Positions 19,907 through 30,511 are shown, numbered from the stretch's first letter. The stretch: 64,000 nt of DNA from Thermodesulfobacteriota bacterium (GCA_965226585.1 OZ245366.1:480001-544000), one strand, 5' to 3'. Numbers and translations: made by a program. The notes: a model not told the origin generated them from the sequence alone.

Positions 19907-20401
19907 ATGCAAAATTCAGAGCGAAAAACTGGAAATTCCGCAGTTTTCTGCGGCGACCATGATGTTTGCGTTGATGATGTTACCGCTTTTGCCGCCCGTG
20001 TTTGTTCGGAAAGGGGGGCGCGGCTCACGCCTATCAGAAAGCGCGTTCTTGAGATAGTCGCGCGCGCTCACAAGCCCGTCAAGGCGTATGACATCCTCGC
20101 CGACCTTTCAAGTTTCGCCAAGCCGCCCACGGTCTACCGCGCGCTTGATTTTCTGATAGAAAACGGTCTTGTCCACAAACTTTCCAGCATATCGTCTTAC
20201 TCCGCCTGTTTTCACCCCGAAAGCGGGCACGCGGAGTGCTTTTTCCTTATCTGTTCGGAATGCGGAGGCAGTAGAGAGTTCTGCGGCTCAGACCTTTCGG
20301 GAGCAATAGAGGGAGCGGTTTCCCGTGAGGATTTCCGCAAGAAAAACGCGATTGTTGAAGTGCTCGGAACGTGCGCCGTGTGCGCGGAGGACGGGCGGTG
20401 A
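19907..20401 (+). CDS. zur: Fur-family zinc uptake regulator
   Basis: RLTPIRKRVLE, KAYDIL, PPTVYRALDFL, CxxC pairs; znu context. Confidence 0.9.
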   Translation: MQNSERKTGNSAVFCGDHDVCVDDVTAFAARVCSERGARLTPIRKRVLEIVARAHKPVKAYDILADLSSFAKPPTVYRALDFLIENGLVHKLSSISSYSACFHPESGHAECFFLICSECGGSREFCGSDLSGAIEGAVSREDFRKKNAIVEVLGTCAVCAEDGR

Positions 20402-21150
20402 GGGAAGCCCTTATAAAGACTGAAAATGTGAACGTGTCGAGAGGCGGCGTTGAGATTTTGCGCGATATTTCGCTTGAGATAGGCGCGGGCGATTTTGTTT
20501 CAATCGTGGGTCCCAACGGAGCCGGAAAGACCACACTTCTGAAAATTCTCACGGGCGTTCTCAGCCCCGATTCCGGTTCGCGCTTCCGCAAGCCGGGGCT
20601 CAAAACGGGTTATATGCCGCAAATCGTTGACAATATGAGTTTCATGCCCGTTTCGGCGGCGCGTTTTATACGTCTGCGTCACGGAAACGCCGGGGAAGAG
20701 GAGTTTAAATCTGTCTGCGGGGAAACGGGGGTTGCCGGTTTTGTGAACAGGGAGATGGGAAGACTTTCGGGCGGCGAGATTCAGCGCGTTCTGCTTGCAA
20801 GGGCTCTTATGGACAGCCCGGACATACTCATTATGGATGAGCCCGCGCAAAACCTTGACGTTTCCGGGCAACTGGAGTTCTACAAACTGCTTGAAAGAAT
20901 TCACCGCGAGCGCGGGGTTGCCGTTGTGATGGTATCGCACGACCTACACATGGTGATGTCTTCCACAAAGAATGTCATCTGCCTTTACGGGCATATATGT
21001 TGCGAGGGAGAGCCTCAGAGTGTGGCGAAACACCCGGAGTTCTCGGTGATGTTCGGCGAGGGTATGGCGCAACTGATGTCTGTCTATTCCCACAGTCACG
21101 AGCATACGCACGGCGGCAACACGGGCGGAGAGACGAGCAAAAATGGGTGA
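20398..21150 (+). CDS. znuC: Zinc ABC transporter ATP-binding protein
   Basis: GPNGAGKT, LSGGEIQR, MDEP, SHDLH, His-rich tail; GTGA overlap with zur. Confidence 0.93.
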   Translation: MREALIKTENVNVSRGGVEILRDISLEIGAGDFVSIVGPNGAGKTTLLKILTGVLSPDSGSRFRKPGLKTGYMPQIVDNMSFMPVSAARFIRLRHGNAGEEEFKSVCGETGVAGFVNREMGRLSGGEIQRVLLARALMDSPDILIMDEPAQNLDVSGQLEFYKLLERIHRERGVAVVMVSHDLHMVMSSTKNVICLYGHICCEGEPQSVAKHPEFSVMFGEGMAQLMSVYSHSHEHTHGGNTGGETSKNG

Positions 21151-21958
21151 AGATTTTGTCATACGCGCTCTTATAGCCGGAGCGGGGGTCGCAATCGCCG
21201 CGGGCGCGCTGGGATGCTTTGTTGTGTGGCGGCGCATGGCTTATTTTGGAGACTCGCTGTCTCACACCGCGCTTGCGGGCATTCCGTTCGGATTGCTTGC
21301 CGGAATAGGAATTGACTACGGGGTTTTTGCGGTTGTGGTGGTGTTTTCCCTTCTGCTCACTTGGGCGTATAAGCGCGGCAAACTCGGCACAGACACGGTT
21401 CTCGGCATAATAGCCCACGGCGCTCTTGCCATCGGTGTGGTCGCGGTTTCCCTTGTCAATTTCACTGCCATCAACCTTCACTCGGCTCTTTTCGGCGACA
21501 TACTCACGGTCGTAAACGCAGACATAGTGCGGATATACGTTTGCTGTGCCGTTGTTCTCGCCCTGATTTTGCTCAACTGGGATTCCCTTGTGCTTATAAC
21601 GATAAGCGAAGACATGGCAAAGGCGGAGGGCGTCAGGGTGTTGGTGATGAACTTTATGCTTGTGTTTCTGATGGCGGTTATGGTGTCTGCTTCCTTCCGA
21701 ATTGTGGGGGCTTTGCTGATAACTTCAATGCTTATAATTCCCGCCGCCGCCGCGCGGATGCTCGCGCGTTCTCCCGAAATGATGGCGATTCTCGCGTGCG
21801 CGGTCGGGGTTTCATCCGTTGTGGTTGGCATATACGGTTCGCTTGTCTACAACACCCCTTCGGGGCCCACAATAATCACGGCTTCCGTTCTGTTTTTCGT
21901 TCTTTTTCTCGCTTGCGGGTTTATTTACGAAAAGTGGTTCGCGGGCGTAAAAAACTAG
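21143..21958 (+). CDS. znuB: Zinc ABC transporter permease
   Basis: VVWRRMAYFGDSLSH, LFGDIL, VGALLI, PSGPTI. Confidence 0.93.
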   Translation: MGEDFVIRALIAGAGVAIAAGALGCFVVWRRMAYFGDSLSHTALAGIPFGLLAGIGIDYGVFAVVVVFSLLLTWAYKRGKLGTDTVLGIIAHGALAIGVVAVSLVNFTAINLHSALFGDILTVVNADIVRIYVCCAVVLALILLNWDSLVLITISEDMAKAEGVRVLVMNFMLVFLMAVMVSASFRIVGALLITSMLIIPAAAARMLARSPEMMAILACAVGVSSVVVGIYGSLVYNTPSGPTIITASVLFFVLFLACGFIYEKWFAGVKN

Positions 21959-21970
21959 AGGTGTAATGTT

Positions 21971-23392
21971 ATGAAAACGTTTTTTGCTTTTATTCTAATG
22001 GCTTCCGCGATATTCGCGGCTGTTCCGCCCGCGTCCGGTGAAATAACCATAGACGGGCATATTGATATGAAACTCCACATGGACAAAGTCATAGACTCAG
22101 CCGAAGCAACCGGCGAGGTGCTTGAGGGCTATACCGATTCCCATATCTACACGATATTGCACCTGCCGTGGGGTTTTTCCCTTGAAACGGAAGTGCTTCT
22201 TGAGGGTGAACCGTGCGGACACGACCACGGGCACGGCGAAGAAGAGGAGGAAGAAGAACATGCTCATGAAGCGGTGTGCAGAACAGCGGTAGAGGAGCAT
22301 GAAGAAGAAGCAGCTGAGCCACATTCACACGCCGACCCTCCGGCAGCAGCACAAGCACAAGAAGAAGAAGAGGAAGTGGAATTAAGGAAACTTTCTTTCT
22401 TCGGTGACCATGTTTTTACGCTTCAAACCTTTATGCTGAAATACACACGCGCTTTCGGTCCCGTAAAATGGTCTCTCTACGGCGGCAAGTTTGTTCCCGT
22501 TGTCGGAATAGACGCGGAATCCCTGCCGGGTGTGTATTCATACCGCGCTCTCCACGAATACGATTTAGACCCGAAAATCGGTTTAGGCACAAAGTTTGTC
22601 GTGAACGCGGAGGATTTTGGAACGCACCAGTTGAATACATCCCTCTTTACGGCGGACACAACCGCTTTCAGCGATAACGGCTCGGGCGACCGCCTCAAAA
22701 GGGCGGACGGTGGACCGTCCAACAACGGCGACCTTACATCCGTGGTTTTTTCGCTTGGCGGAAAAAATTTCTACACCCTGAGAGACGGCTTTTTTGCCAA
22801 CTTTCTGGAAGGTTTTTCATACCGCATCGGCTATGCGAACCAGAAGAAGCAGAGCATGGCATATGAAGGTGAATATGATGAACACATCGGACCGCCGACC
22901 ACAGGAGACGAAACGAGATACACATTTTCAATGGGGCAGAAACGGAACTTTACGGAAAATCTCTCCCTCACACTCAAGACCGAATACATCAACATAAACA
23001 ACTACGGGGGCGAAACGGGACGATTGCGCAATGCGTGGACGGTGGCAACCGCTTTTGACTGGAAGCGGTGGACGCTTGCGGGTTCTTATTCCTCAACGGA
23101 CAACAGGTCATCCACTTTCACCAGAAGGAGGATAGCGATAGAGACGCAGGTAAGGGATAGGACACCGAGAGAAAACGTGCTTCCGCCGGAAGAAGATACG
23201 GGGAGCCTTGGCGCGACTATTTACAGCTTTTCCCTCTCACGCAAACTTGGCGGCGGCGGAGCGAAACTTGGTGTCGGCTACCAGAGTGTGAAAGAAGAGG
23301 GCGAAACAACCGGCAGAATTGGAATGCTCCTCAGTTACAGCGGCTCGTTTTTCTCAGGCTCCGCAGAGAGCCACGAAGGGCACGACCACTAA
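21971..23392 (+). CDS. Putative outer-membrane beta-barrel protein with His/Glu-rich inserts
   Basis: Signal peptide, alternating amphipathic strands, CGHDHGHGEEEEEEEHAHE loop, C-terminal SHEGHDH; directly after znuB. Confidence 0.65.
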   Translation: MKTFFAFILMASAIFAAVPPASGEITIDGHIDMKLHMDKVIDSAEATGEVLEGYTDSHIYTILHLPWGFSLETEVLLEGEPCGHDHGHGEEEEEEEHAHEAVCRTAVEEHEEEAAEPHSHADPPAAAQAQEEEEEVELRKLSFFGDHVFTLQTFMLKYTRAFGPVKWSLYGGKFVPVVGIDAESLPGVYSYRALHEYDLDPKIGLGTKFVVNAEDFGTHQLNTSLFTADTTAFSDNGSGDRLKRADGGPSNNGDLTSVVFSLGGKNFYTLRDGFFANFLEGFSYRIGYANQKKQSMAYEGEYDEHIGPPTTGDETRYTFSMGQKRNFTENLSLTLKTEYININNYGGETGRLRNAWTVATAFDWKRWTLAGSYSSTDNRSSTFTRRRIAIETQVRDRTPRENVLPPEEDTGSLGATIYSFSLSRKLGGGGAKLGVGYQSVKEEGETTGRIGMLLSYSGSFFSGSAESHEGHDH

Positions 23393-23395
23393 TTT

Positions 23396-23776
23396 TCAGA
23401 TGAGATATATGGCAAGAAAGGCGAAGAAAAATCCCGTCAAATAAATAACCACGGATACCGCCACCGTCCACAAACTCAAGGCGCGCAGACGCATGCACGA
23501 GCGCGCCGCCTCAGGGTCTGCCGGGCACGGGGCGTTTCTCTGCGAGTATCTCGCCACGGCGGCGATAAGAAGCATCACCCCCGCGACTGAAAAAACCCAC
23601 ACCTTGTGAGTGGAAAGCCAGATAAGCCCCGGAAACGCGCTGACGAGCCCCGCCGTAACGGCTCCCATCCCGATTGCGGCAAGAAGCGAGGGAAGGGCGC
23701 AGCAGATTAGAGTTCCCGCAGATGTGAACAGTGAGAAAAAGGGCAAAGCCGTGTCTTTCAGCCCTGCCTGTCTCAC
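23396..23776 (-). CDS. MerT/MerC-like small metal transport membrane protein
   Basis: LICCALP in TM1, CPADP...C loop, 3-4 TM segments. Confidence 0.7.
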   Translation of the reverse strand: MRQAGLKDTALPFFSLFTSAGTLICCALPSLLAAIGMGAVTAGLVSAFPGLIWLSTHKVWVFSVAGVMLLIAAVARYSQRNAPCPADPEAARSCMRLRALSLWTVAVSVVIYLTGFFFAFLAIYLI

Positions 23777-24171
23777 CGCCTGCCCTCTTTTTTGTAGAAC
23801 GATATGGACTCAACCGAGTATCCGGCATCGTTCACAAGTTTGCTGATTTTCTTATCAGACAGTTTCTTTCTTTTCTTCATGTAGATGTTGATAAAACTGC
23901 GTTTCAGGTTGACATCCACATCTTCAACCGCGCCGGTTTTGAGAAAAACCTTGCGTATGGAACGCGCGCAGAAATCGCACACAAGCCCCTTCACCCGCAC
24001 ATGAACTATGTTTCCCGAAGACATGGGTTTGGCGTTTGCCTGTTTCTCTTTCTTTTCTTCCGAGTGGTCGTGTCCTCTGCTTCCGGAATGGTCTGCGTTT
24101 GCGGCTCCGGTGAGGCAAACCGCCGCCAGAATAAACGCCGCAACAAAAGTTCGTATCGCTGTTGTTTTCAT
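23773..24171 (-). CDS. Exported heavy-metal-associated (HMA) domain protein
   Basis: Signal peptide, His-containing linker, VKGLVCDFCA motif, AGY C-terminus. Confidence 0.85.
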   Translation of the reverse strand: MKTTAIRTFVAAFILAAVCLTGAANADHSGSRGHDHSEEKKEKQANAKPMSSGNIVHVRVKGLVCDFCARSIRKVFLKTGAVEDVDVNLKRSFINIYMKKRKKLSDKKISKLVNDAGYSVESISFYKKEGRR

Positions 24172-24181
24172 GGTTTTCCCC

Positions 24182-24820
24182 CTAAAACCGCCTGATAAAG
24201 TTCAGGGTCAGTTTTTCGCTAAAACTATATCCTACCTCAACAAGAGATTTCCCCTTAAACAAACGGACAACCGGCGTTATATCAATGTCTTTGTTTTCTC
24301 CGCCCTCAAAACGCTGGGTTGCATCAACCATCAGCCATGTGTGAAGGGCTCCGTATTCCGCCACATACGGGGCGATTCCCGCTCTTGCGGAATGAGTAAA
24401 AAACTTTCCCGCGTCTCCAAGCGTCCACCCGCGACTTTCATAACGCGCAAAAAGCCGCCGCGTTTCCCAGTCCACAGCCGCGCCACCGAAAACGGCGGGA
24501 AAATAACGGTCTTCATAACGCCCGCCGCCCGCGCCCAGTTTTATGTAGAAGTTCGCCTGCGAGCCGATTTTGTTTATCCGCCTGATAAGAAAATTGGCTT
24601 GAGCCACCGCGCCCCGAAAATCATTGCGCCTCAAATGGACCATCCTCAAGCCCAGCGAATGCCGCGCTGTGGGCGAGTAGTGGATGTGGAGCGAGGTGTT
24701 GTCTGCGTTGTGAAGTTGCATCACAGTCCACCCGCCCGGATATGAAACGGGTCTTGCAAGCGCGGAAAAAGGAGCGAACGCGAATACGGTGAGAATTAGA
24801 AACAGTTTTATATTCCGCAA
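24182..24820 (-). CDS. Exported hypothetical protein, probable small beta-barrel
   Basis: Signal peptide then ARPVSYPGG, amphipathic strands, terminal Phe; first gene of the HMA cluster. Confidence 0.65.
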   Translation of the reverse strand: MRNIKLFLILTVFAFAPFSALARPVSYPGGWTVMQLHNADNTSLHIHYSPTARHSLGLRMVHLRRNDFRGAVAQANFLIRRINKIGSQANFYIKLGAGGGRYEDRYFPAVFGGAAVDWETRRLFARYESRGWTLGDAGKFFTHSARAGIAPYVAEYGALHTWLMVDATQRFEGGENKDIDITPVVRLFKGKSLVEVGYSFSEKLTLNFIRRF

Positions 24821-24867
24821 ATCTTTTCCTCTTTTGGAACGGCGGGGCGGGGAAATAAAGGGAAAGG

Positions 24868-24945
24868 TGGCGCGCCCGAGAGGATTTGAACCTCTGACCC
24901 TTGGCTCCGGAGGCCAATGCTCTATCCGGACTGAGCTACGGGCGC
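24868..24945 (-). tRNA. tRNA-Arg(CCG)
   Basis: GCGCCCG acceptor stem, TTGGC-CT-CCG-GA-GCCAA anticodon arm, GGTTCAAATCC T arm, encoded CCA. Confidence 0.96.
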
Positions 24946-25677
24946 TTAACCTTTTTTCAACTCCTCCATCACCACTTTCATATCATCCCACAGGGGGCGT
25001 TTGAAAGCCGGATTCCTGAGGAGCGCGGCGGGATGGTAGGTTACCATAAGTTTTGTTTTCCCGTATTCGTGAAACACCCCGCGCAGAGAGCCGAGAGAGA
25101 CTCCGGCGCCGAGTTTCAAAATCGCCTTTGCCGCCACAAGCCCCAGACACACCACAATTCGCGGAGAGATGACGCCCAGCTGCCCGAGCAAAAACGGCTC
25201 GCACTGCGCCACTTCATCGGGTTCAGGGTTGCGGTTTTCAGGCGGTCTGCACTTCACCACATTGCAGATATAGACATCGGAACGCTCCATATTCATCGCG
25301 GATATTATCTTGCCCAGAAGCTGTCCCGCCCTGCCGATAAACGGTCTTCCCTGCTCGTCCTCGTCCTTTCCGGGACCTTCGCCCACAAACACGAGTTTCG
25401 CCTCCGGGTTTCCTTCGCCGAAAACTATTGATTTTCTGCCCTCGTGAAGTTTGCACCTTTCGCAGTCGCCAAGATGCTCTCTTACTTCCTCAAGTGTTTT
25501 TGCTCCTTTTCCGTCAAAAAGCGATGACGGCGGGGCGACAGACACGGAAGACGGTTTTGCGGGAGATGGTTTTGCAGTTTTCGTTTTTATCGCCATTCCG
25601 TTTCCCATTCGCGACTGAAACTCAAGATAGCCCTTGAGGTCTCTTATCACGGCTTCGGTTTCTTCTTTTCTTCCCAT
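24946..25677 (-). CDS. Uracil-DNA glycosylase family 4
   Basis: CERCKL Fe-S ligands, VGEGPG, PFIGRAG, NVVKCRPP, TYHPAALLR. Confidence 0.94.
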   Translation of the reverse strand: MGRKEETEAVIRDLKGYLEFQSRMGNGMAIKTKTAKPSPAKPSSVSVAPPSSLFDGKGAKTLEEVREHLGDCERCKLHEGRKSIVFGEGNPEAKLVFVGEGPGKDEDEQGRPFIGRAGQLLGKIISAMNMERSDVYICNVVKCRPPENRNPEPDEVAQCEPFLLGQLGVISPRIVVCLGLVAAKAILKLGAGVSLGSLRGVFHEYGKTKLMVTYHPAALLRNPAFKRPLWDDMKVVMEELKKG

Positions 25678-25773
25678 TTGTCCGGGCGGTTAATTCATTT
25701 GAAAGCCGCCCCCCGTTAATCTACAATATACACCCTTACGGGCGGCAGGTGGGATTTTTGCCGCAAGCGTCCA

Positions 25774-28203
25774 ATGAAAAAGATTTATACCCCTCAAACC
25801 GTTGAGACAAAATGGCAGGAAAAATGGGAGCGGGACGGCGCGCACAAACCCTGTTCCGATTCCGGCAAGCCGAAGTTCTATGTTCTGGAGATGTTTCCCT
25901 ATCCGTCCGGGCGGATACACATGGGGCACGTGCGCAACTACACAATTGGCGATGTTATTGCCCGCTATAAAAGGGCGCGCGGCTTTGACGTTCTGCATCC
26001 AATCGGGTGGGACGCCTTCGGTCTGCCCGCAGAAAACGCGGCGATAAGCAACGGGGTTGACCCTTCGGAGTGGACAAAAACAAACATCGCCCAGATGAGA
26101 ACGCAGTTGAAACGGCTCGGTTTTTCCTACGACTGGTCGAGAGAGATAGCGACTTGCGACCCGTCATATTACAAATGGGAGCAGTGGCTTTTCACCCGGA
26201 TGCTTGAGAAGGGGCTCGCGTATCGCAAAAAAACATTTGTGAACTGGGATCCCGAAGACAAAACCGTTCTCGCCAATGAGCAGGTGATAGACGGAAAGGG
26301 CTGGCGTTCCGGCGCGCCCGTTGAGCGCAGGGAGATAGAGCAGTGGTTTTTGCGCATAAGCGACTACTCGGACGAACTGCTTGACGGACTGAAAAATCTC
26401 CGAGACTGGCCCGAGCCGGTAAAAACCATGCAGTCAAACTGGATAGGGCGTTCCGAAGGCGTTGAGATGACGTTTGACTGCCCGGATTCCTCTCCCGTAA
26501 CGGTTTTTACCACAAGACCCGACACGGTGATGGGGGTTACCTTCATCGCGGTTGCGCCGGGGCATCCGGCGGCTCTCGCGGCGGCAAAAACGGATAAAAA
26601 AGTTGCTGATTTTATCGGCGCGGCGAAAGCCCTTCCGGTTTCAGAGGCGCAGCTTGAGGCGGTTGAGAAAAAAGGCGTTCCGCTTGGGATTTCCGCCATA
26701 CATCCGGTTTCCGGCGAAAAAATTCCCGTGTGGGCGGCAAACTTTGTTCTTACGGGCTACGGTTCGGGAGCCGTTATGTGCGTTCCCGCTCACGACAGAA
26801 GGGATTTTGATTTTGCGAAAAAATACGGATTGCCCGTAAAACAGGTTGTTTTCCCCAAAGGGGAGGATTTTGATATTGAGGAGGGCGCGTTTACGGGTGA
26901 GGGGATTTTGAAAAATTCAGGCGATTTTGACGGGCTTTCTTCAGATGAGGCGTTTTCAGAGATAGCGGATTTTCTGGGAAAAGCGGAAAAAGGCGGACGG
27001 GTTACAAACTACCGCCTGCGCGACTGGGGAATATCGCGCCAGAGATACTGGGGCGCGCCCGTTCCCGTTATCCATTGCGGCGCGTGCGGGGCGGTTCCCG
27101 TTCCGGACGGCGACCTGCCCGTGCGTTTGCCCGAAGGCATGAATTTCAGCAGAGGAGAGGTTGCGTCTCTCGCTTCGGTAGAGTCTTTTGTGTCTGTCAA
27201 CTGCCCGAAGTGCGGCGGAAAAGCGGAAAGAGACACAGACACGATGGACACTTTTGTTGAGTCGTCCTGGTATTTTCTCAGGTACGTGTCTCCCGATTTT
27301 GACGGGGCGATGTTCAACCCCGAATCCGCGCGCCGCTGGATGCCGGTTGATCAGTACATAGGCGGCGTTGAGCACGCGATACTTCACCTGCTTTATTCAA
27401 GATTTTTTGTGCGCGCTCTCAGGGATTTGGATATGTGCGATTTTGACGAGCCGTTTTCCGCCCTTCTCACTCAGGGCATGGTTACAAAAGACGGGGCGAA
27501 AATGTCAAAATCTCTCGGCAACACCGTTGACCCGGACGAAATGATAGAAAAATACGGCGCGGATGCGGTTCGTCTTTTTATTCTTTTCGCGGCTCCGGCG
27601 GAAAAGTCGCTTGACTGGAACGAAAAGGGAATTGAGGGAATGAGCAGATTTTTGAAGCGGCTTTGGTCTCTTGTCCAGTCGGCAAATACGGCGGATGAGG
27701 AGAGAAATCCCGGCGGTGAGGAAAAGCGGATACTCAGCCTTATGCACGGGACGATAAAAAAAGTTACCGAAGACACGGACGGTTTTCATTTCAACACCGC
27801 GATTGCCGCCCTGATGGAGTTTTTGAACTCCCTTTCCGCTTTCGCGGAAAAAAATCCTTCCTCCGCTCTGGTAAAAGAGGGGGCGGTTTCAATTATAAAA
27901 CTCCTTTCCCCTATGGCTCCGCATTTTTGCGAAGAGGCTTGGGAGATGACGGGCAATAAAGAGTCCGTTTTTCTTGAGCCGTGGCTTGAATTTGACAAGG
28001 AATTTTTGCATGGAGACACGATGAGGGTGGTTTTTCAGGTGAACGGAAAGGTGAGGGCGCAGGCGGATATGCCCTCCGGTTCAACCGAAAAGGATATGGA
28101 AAACGCCGCTATTGCCGCTCCGGGGGTGGAGAAGTTTATTTCGGGGAGAGAGGTGAGGAAAATTATAGTTGTGCCGGGAAAACTGGTAAATATTGTGGTT
28201 TAG
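25774..28203 (+). CDS. leuS: Leucine--tRNA ligase
   Basis: MFPYPSG, HMGH, KMSKS, SRQRYWG, editing-domain FTTRPDT. Confidence 0.98.
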   Translation: MKKIYTPQTVETKWQEKWERDGAHKPCSDSGKPKFYVLEMFPYPSGRIHMGHVRNYTIGDVIARYKRARGFDVLHPIGWDAFGLPAENAAISNGVDPSEWTKTNIAQMRTQLKRLGFSYDWSREIATCDPSYYKWEQWLFTRMLEKGLAYRKKTFVNWDPEDKTVLANEQVIDGKGWRSGAPVERREIEQWFLRISDYSDELLDGLKNLRDWPEPVKTMQSNWIGRSEGVEMTFDCPDSSPVTVFTTRPDTVMGVTFIAVAPGHPAALAAAKTDKKVADFIGAAKALPVSEAQLEAVEKKGVPLGISAIHPVSGEKIPVWAANFVLTGYGSGAVMCVPAHDRRDFDFAKKYGLPVKQVVFPKGEDFDIEEGAFTGEGILKNSGDFDGLSSDEAFSEIADFLGKAEKGGRVTNYRLRDWGISRQRYWGAPVPVIHCGACGAVPVPDGDLPVRLPEGMNFSRGEVASLASVESFVSVNCPKCGGKAERDTDTMDTFVESSWYFLRYVSPDFDGAMFNPESARRWMPVDQYIGGVEHAILHLLYSRFFVRALRDLDMCDFDEPFSALLTQGMVTKDGAKMSKSLGNTVDPDEMIEKYGADAVRLFILFAAPAEKSLDWNEKGIEGMSRFLKRLWSLVQSANTADEERNPGGEEKRILSLMHGTIKKVTEDTDGFHFNTAIAALMEFLNSLSAFAEKNPSSALVKEGAVSIIKLLSPMAPHFCEEAWEMTGNKESVFLEPWLEFDKEFLHGDTMRVVFQVNGKVRAQADMPSGSTEKDMENAAIAAPGVEKFISGREVRKIIVVPGKLVNIVV

Positions 28204-28236
28204 AGATGGTTGATTCTCAAAATACGGAGGCGTTTC

Positions 28237-29298
28237 ATGGGAAAGGATGACAAATTCTTTGAGAAGAAAGTTGAAGCCGTTGAGGTGGAGGGCGGCAAAA
28301 GCGTTTCGGATTTAATCTCCGCGATGTCAAAAACGGGCTTTCAGGGCAGAAGCCTTGCGCGAACGGTTGAGGTTTTCGAAAAAATAGTTAACGATCCTGA
28401 TGTTACCGTTTTCCTCGGCTATGCGGGCTCTCTCTCCACAACCGGGCAGTGGAAAATAATAAACTGGTTTATTGAGAACCGCTTTGTTGACGTGCTTATT
28501 CCCACGGGCGCGAACATATCAGAAGACATTATAGACGCGATGGGTTTCGGGTATTTTCAGGGTTCGGCAAACGCGGACGATACAAAACTTTTTTCCGAGG
28601 GAATAAACCGCTATTACGATGTCTATGGGAAAGAATCCGACTATCTTGAGATGACGGAGATGATAGCGGAGTTTATCCTCACTCTTGACAAGGGGCATAA
28701 ATACTCTTCTCGTGAGTTTTTGAAACTTTTCGGCGGCTATCTTTCAAAAAAGAAAATAAACTCAATAGTGTCTGCGGCGGCTGACAGCGGTGTTCCGGTT
28801 TTTTGTCCGGCAATCGCGGACAGCCCGTACGGAGACGCCGCGCTTATAGCGGAGAGCCGGGGTTTTCATCTCACAATAGACGCGATAAAAGATTATGTGG
28901 AGTTTATGGAGATGGGCGAGAAGGTTAAAGATACGGCGGTAATTTATATCGGCGGCGGCGTTCCGAAAGATTTTATTCAGCTTTTTGCCGTAACCGGCGA
29001 CCTGCTTTATGAAGACAGAGCGGTTCCGGGCAGAAAACAGGGAGTGAACAGAAAAGGAACGGGACCGGCTGAGACATACTATCCGCACAAATACGCGATT
29101 CAGATAACAACGGATTCTCCGCAGTGGGGCGGTCTCAGCGGTTGCACTTTTGAGGAGGCGGTTTCATGGGGAAAGGAAAATCCCGAAGGCGGTCTTGTGC
29201 AGTGTTATTGTGATGCGACAATCGCCCTGCCGATTATTTCCCGCGCAATCGCGGAGAGGGTGAAAAAACCGAGAAAGGGAACGGATTTGGGATTTTAA
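28237..29298 (+). CDS. Deoxyhypusine synthase family protein
   Basis: GGGVPKDF, AIQITTDSPQWGGLSGCTFEEAVSWGK, DATIALP. Start at ATG 28237 behind GGAGG. Confidence 0.9.
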   Translation: MGKDDKFFEKKVEAVEVEGGKSVSDLISAMSKTGFQGRSLARTVEVFEKIVNDPDVTVFLGYAGSLSTTGQWKIINWFIENRFVDVLIPTGANISEDIIDAMGFGYFQGSANADDTKLFSEGINRYYDVYGKESDYLEMTEMIAEFILTLDKGHKYSSREFLKLFGGYLSKKKINSIVSAAADSGVPVFCPAIADSPYGDAALIAESRGFHLTIDAIKDYVEFMEMGEKVKDTAVIYIGGGVPKDFIQLFAVTGDLLYEDRAVPGRKQGVNRKGTGPAETYYPHKYAIQITTDSPQWGGLSGCTFEEAVSWGKENPEGGLVQCYCDATIALPIISRAIAERVKKPRKGTDLGF

Positions 29299-29318
29299 TT
29301 TATATGGAGGTTTCAAAA

Positions 29319-30080
29319 ATGAGACTTAAAGGAAAAACGGCTTTAATAACCGGCGGCAGTGAGGGCATTGGAAAGGCGACCGCTTTGCTTTTTTGCAAAG
29401 AGGGCGCGAAGGTGGGAATTATGTCCAGAACCGCGAAAAACCTTAAAAAGGTTGTTTCCTCTGCGAAAGGGCGCGGGGAGATAAAAGCGTTTTCGGGTGA
29501 TGTGTCAAACGAAAAAGATGTTAAAAGGGTTGTGAACGCATTTTACAAGCAGTTTGGCAGGATAGACATTCTTTTCAACAACGCCGGAATTCTTGAAGGC
29601 GGAACGGTTGCCACGACCACAAGCGAAGTTTGGGACAGAACGATTAACATAAATGTAAAGGGGGTTTTTCTGGTGAGCAAATACGCCGTTCCTTTAATGG
29701 CGAAGCACGGCGGCGGTTCCGTGATAAATAATTCAAGTGTTCTTGGAATGGTGGCGATGGAGGATTGTGTTGCGTATAACGCCTCAAAGGGCGCGGTTAG
29801 GCAGATAACAAAAAGCATGGCGCTTGACCACGCGAAGGAGAATATACGGGTTAATTCCGTTTGTCCGGGTTACATAAAGACGAAAATGGATGTTGAGTTT
29901 ATGGGCAATCCTCCCGATGCTGAGGAGAAGCTTGATGAGATAGCGGCGGGGATGATACCGATGGTAAGAAGGGCTGAGCCGCTTGAGGTTGCGCAGTCCG
30001 TTCTTTTTCTCGCGTCTGACGAGTCAACATATATGACGGGTTCGGATCTTGTAATAGACGGCGGATGGACGGTTTTATAG
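29319..30080 (+). CDS. SDR family oxidoreductase
   Basis: TGGSEGIG, NNAG, YNASK, IRVNSVCPG, DGG. Confidence 0.93.
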   Translation: MRLKGKTALITGGSEGIGKATALLFCKEGAKVGIMSRTAKNLKKVVSSAKGRGEIKAFSGDVSNEKDVKRVVNAFYKQFGRIDILFNNAGILEGGTVATTTSEVWDRTININVKGVFLVSKYAVPLMAKHGGGSVINNSSVLGMVAMEDCVAYNASKGAVRQITKSMALDHAKENIRVNSVCPGYIKTKMDVEFMGNPPDAEEKLDEIAAGMIPMVRRAEPLEVAQSVLFLASDESTYMTGSDLVIDGGWTVL

Positions 30081-30084
30081 GCAA

Positions 30085-30486
30085 GTGAGTGATATTGAAA
30101 CAAGGGAGGATGTGGAACTGCTTGTAGACCGTTTCTACGACAAAATGCTCGCGGATTCAATTCTCGGTTTTATTTTCACGGATATTGCGAAGGTTGATAT
30201 TGATAAACACAAGCCGGTTATTTGTGATTTTTGGGAAACGCTTTTGTTTAACAAGGCGGTCTACAAACGGGGACCCGAAGTGATGAATGTGCACAAGAGG
30301 CTTAATGAAAAGATTCCTCTAAAAAAAGGGCATTTCAAAAGGTGGCTTTTTCTGTTCTCAAGAACCGTTGACGAATTGTTTGAAGGCAAACGCGCAAGTT
30401 TTGCCAAAGAGAAAGCGGATTCAATTGCGGTGCTGATGCAAAAGAGAGTTGGGGTTGAGGGAGGGGTGGAAGGGAAAAGCATATAG
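30085..30486 (+). CDS. Group III truncated hemoglobin
   Basis: LVDRFYDK, H..VICDFWET, F.RWL.LF..TVD pattern. Confidence 0.87.
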   Translation: MSDIETREDVELLVDRFYDKMLADSILGFIFTDIAKVDIDKHKPVICDFWETLLFNKAVYKRGPEVMNVHKRLNEKIPLKKGHFKRWLFLFSRTVDELFEGKRASFAKEKADSIAVLMQKRVGVEGGVEGKSI

Positions 30487-30511
30487 TGGTATTCTACGGG
30501 AGGTAGTATTG

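Noticed and set aside
24008..24745. 245-aa plus-strand ORF
   Set aside because: Antisense to two coherent metal-cluster genes and lacks protein-like motifs.
23396..24820. Mercury resistance operon
   Set aside because: No merA or merR in the window.
28237..29298. Bacterial hypusination as a novelty
   Set aside because: DHS-like genes are known in bacteria and are generally linked to polyamine (homospermidine) synthesis; nothing here points to a protein substrate.
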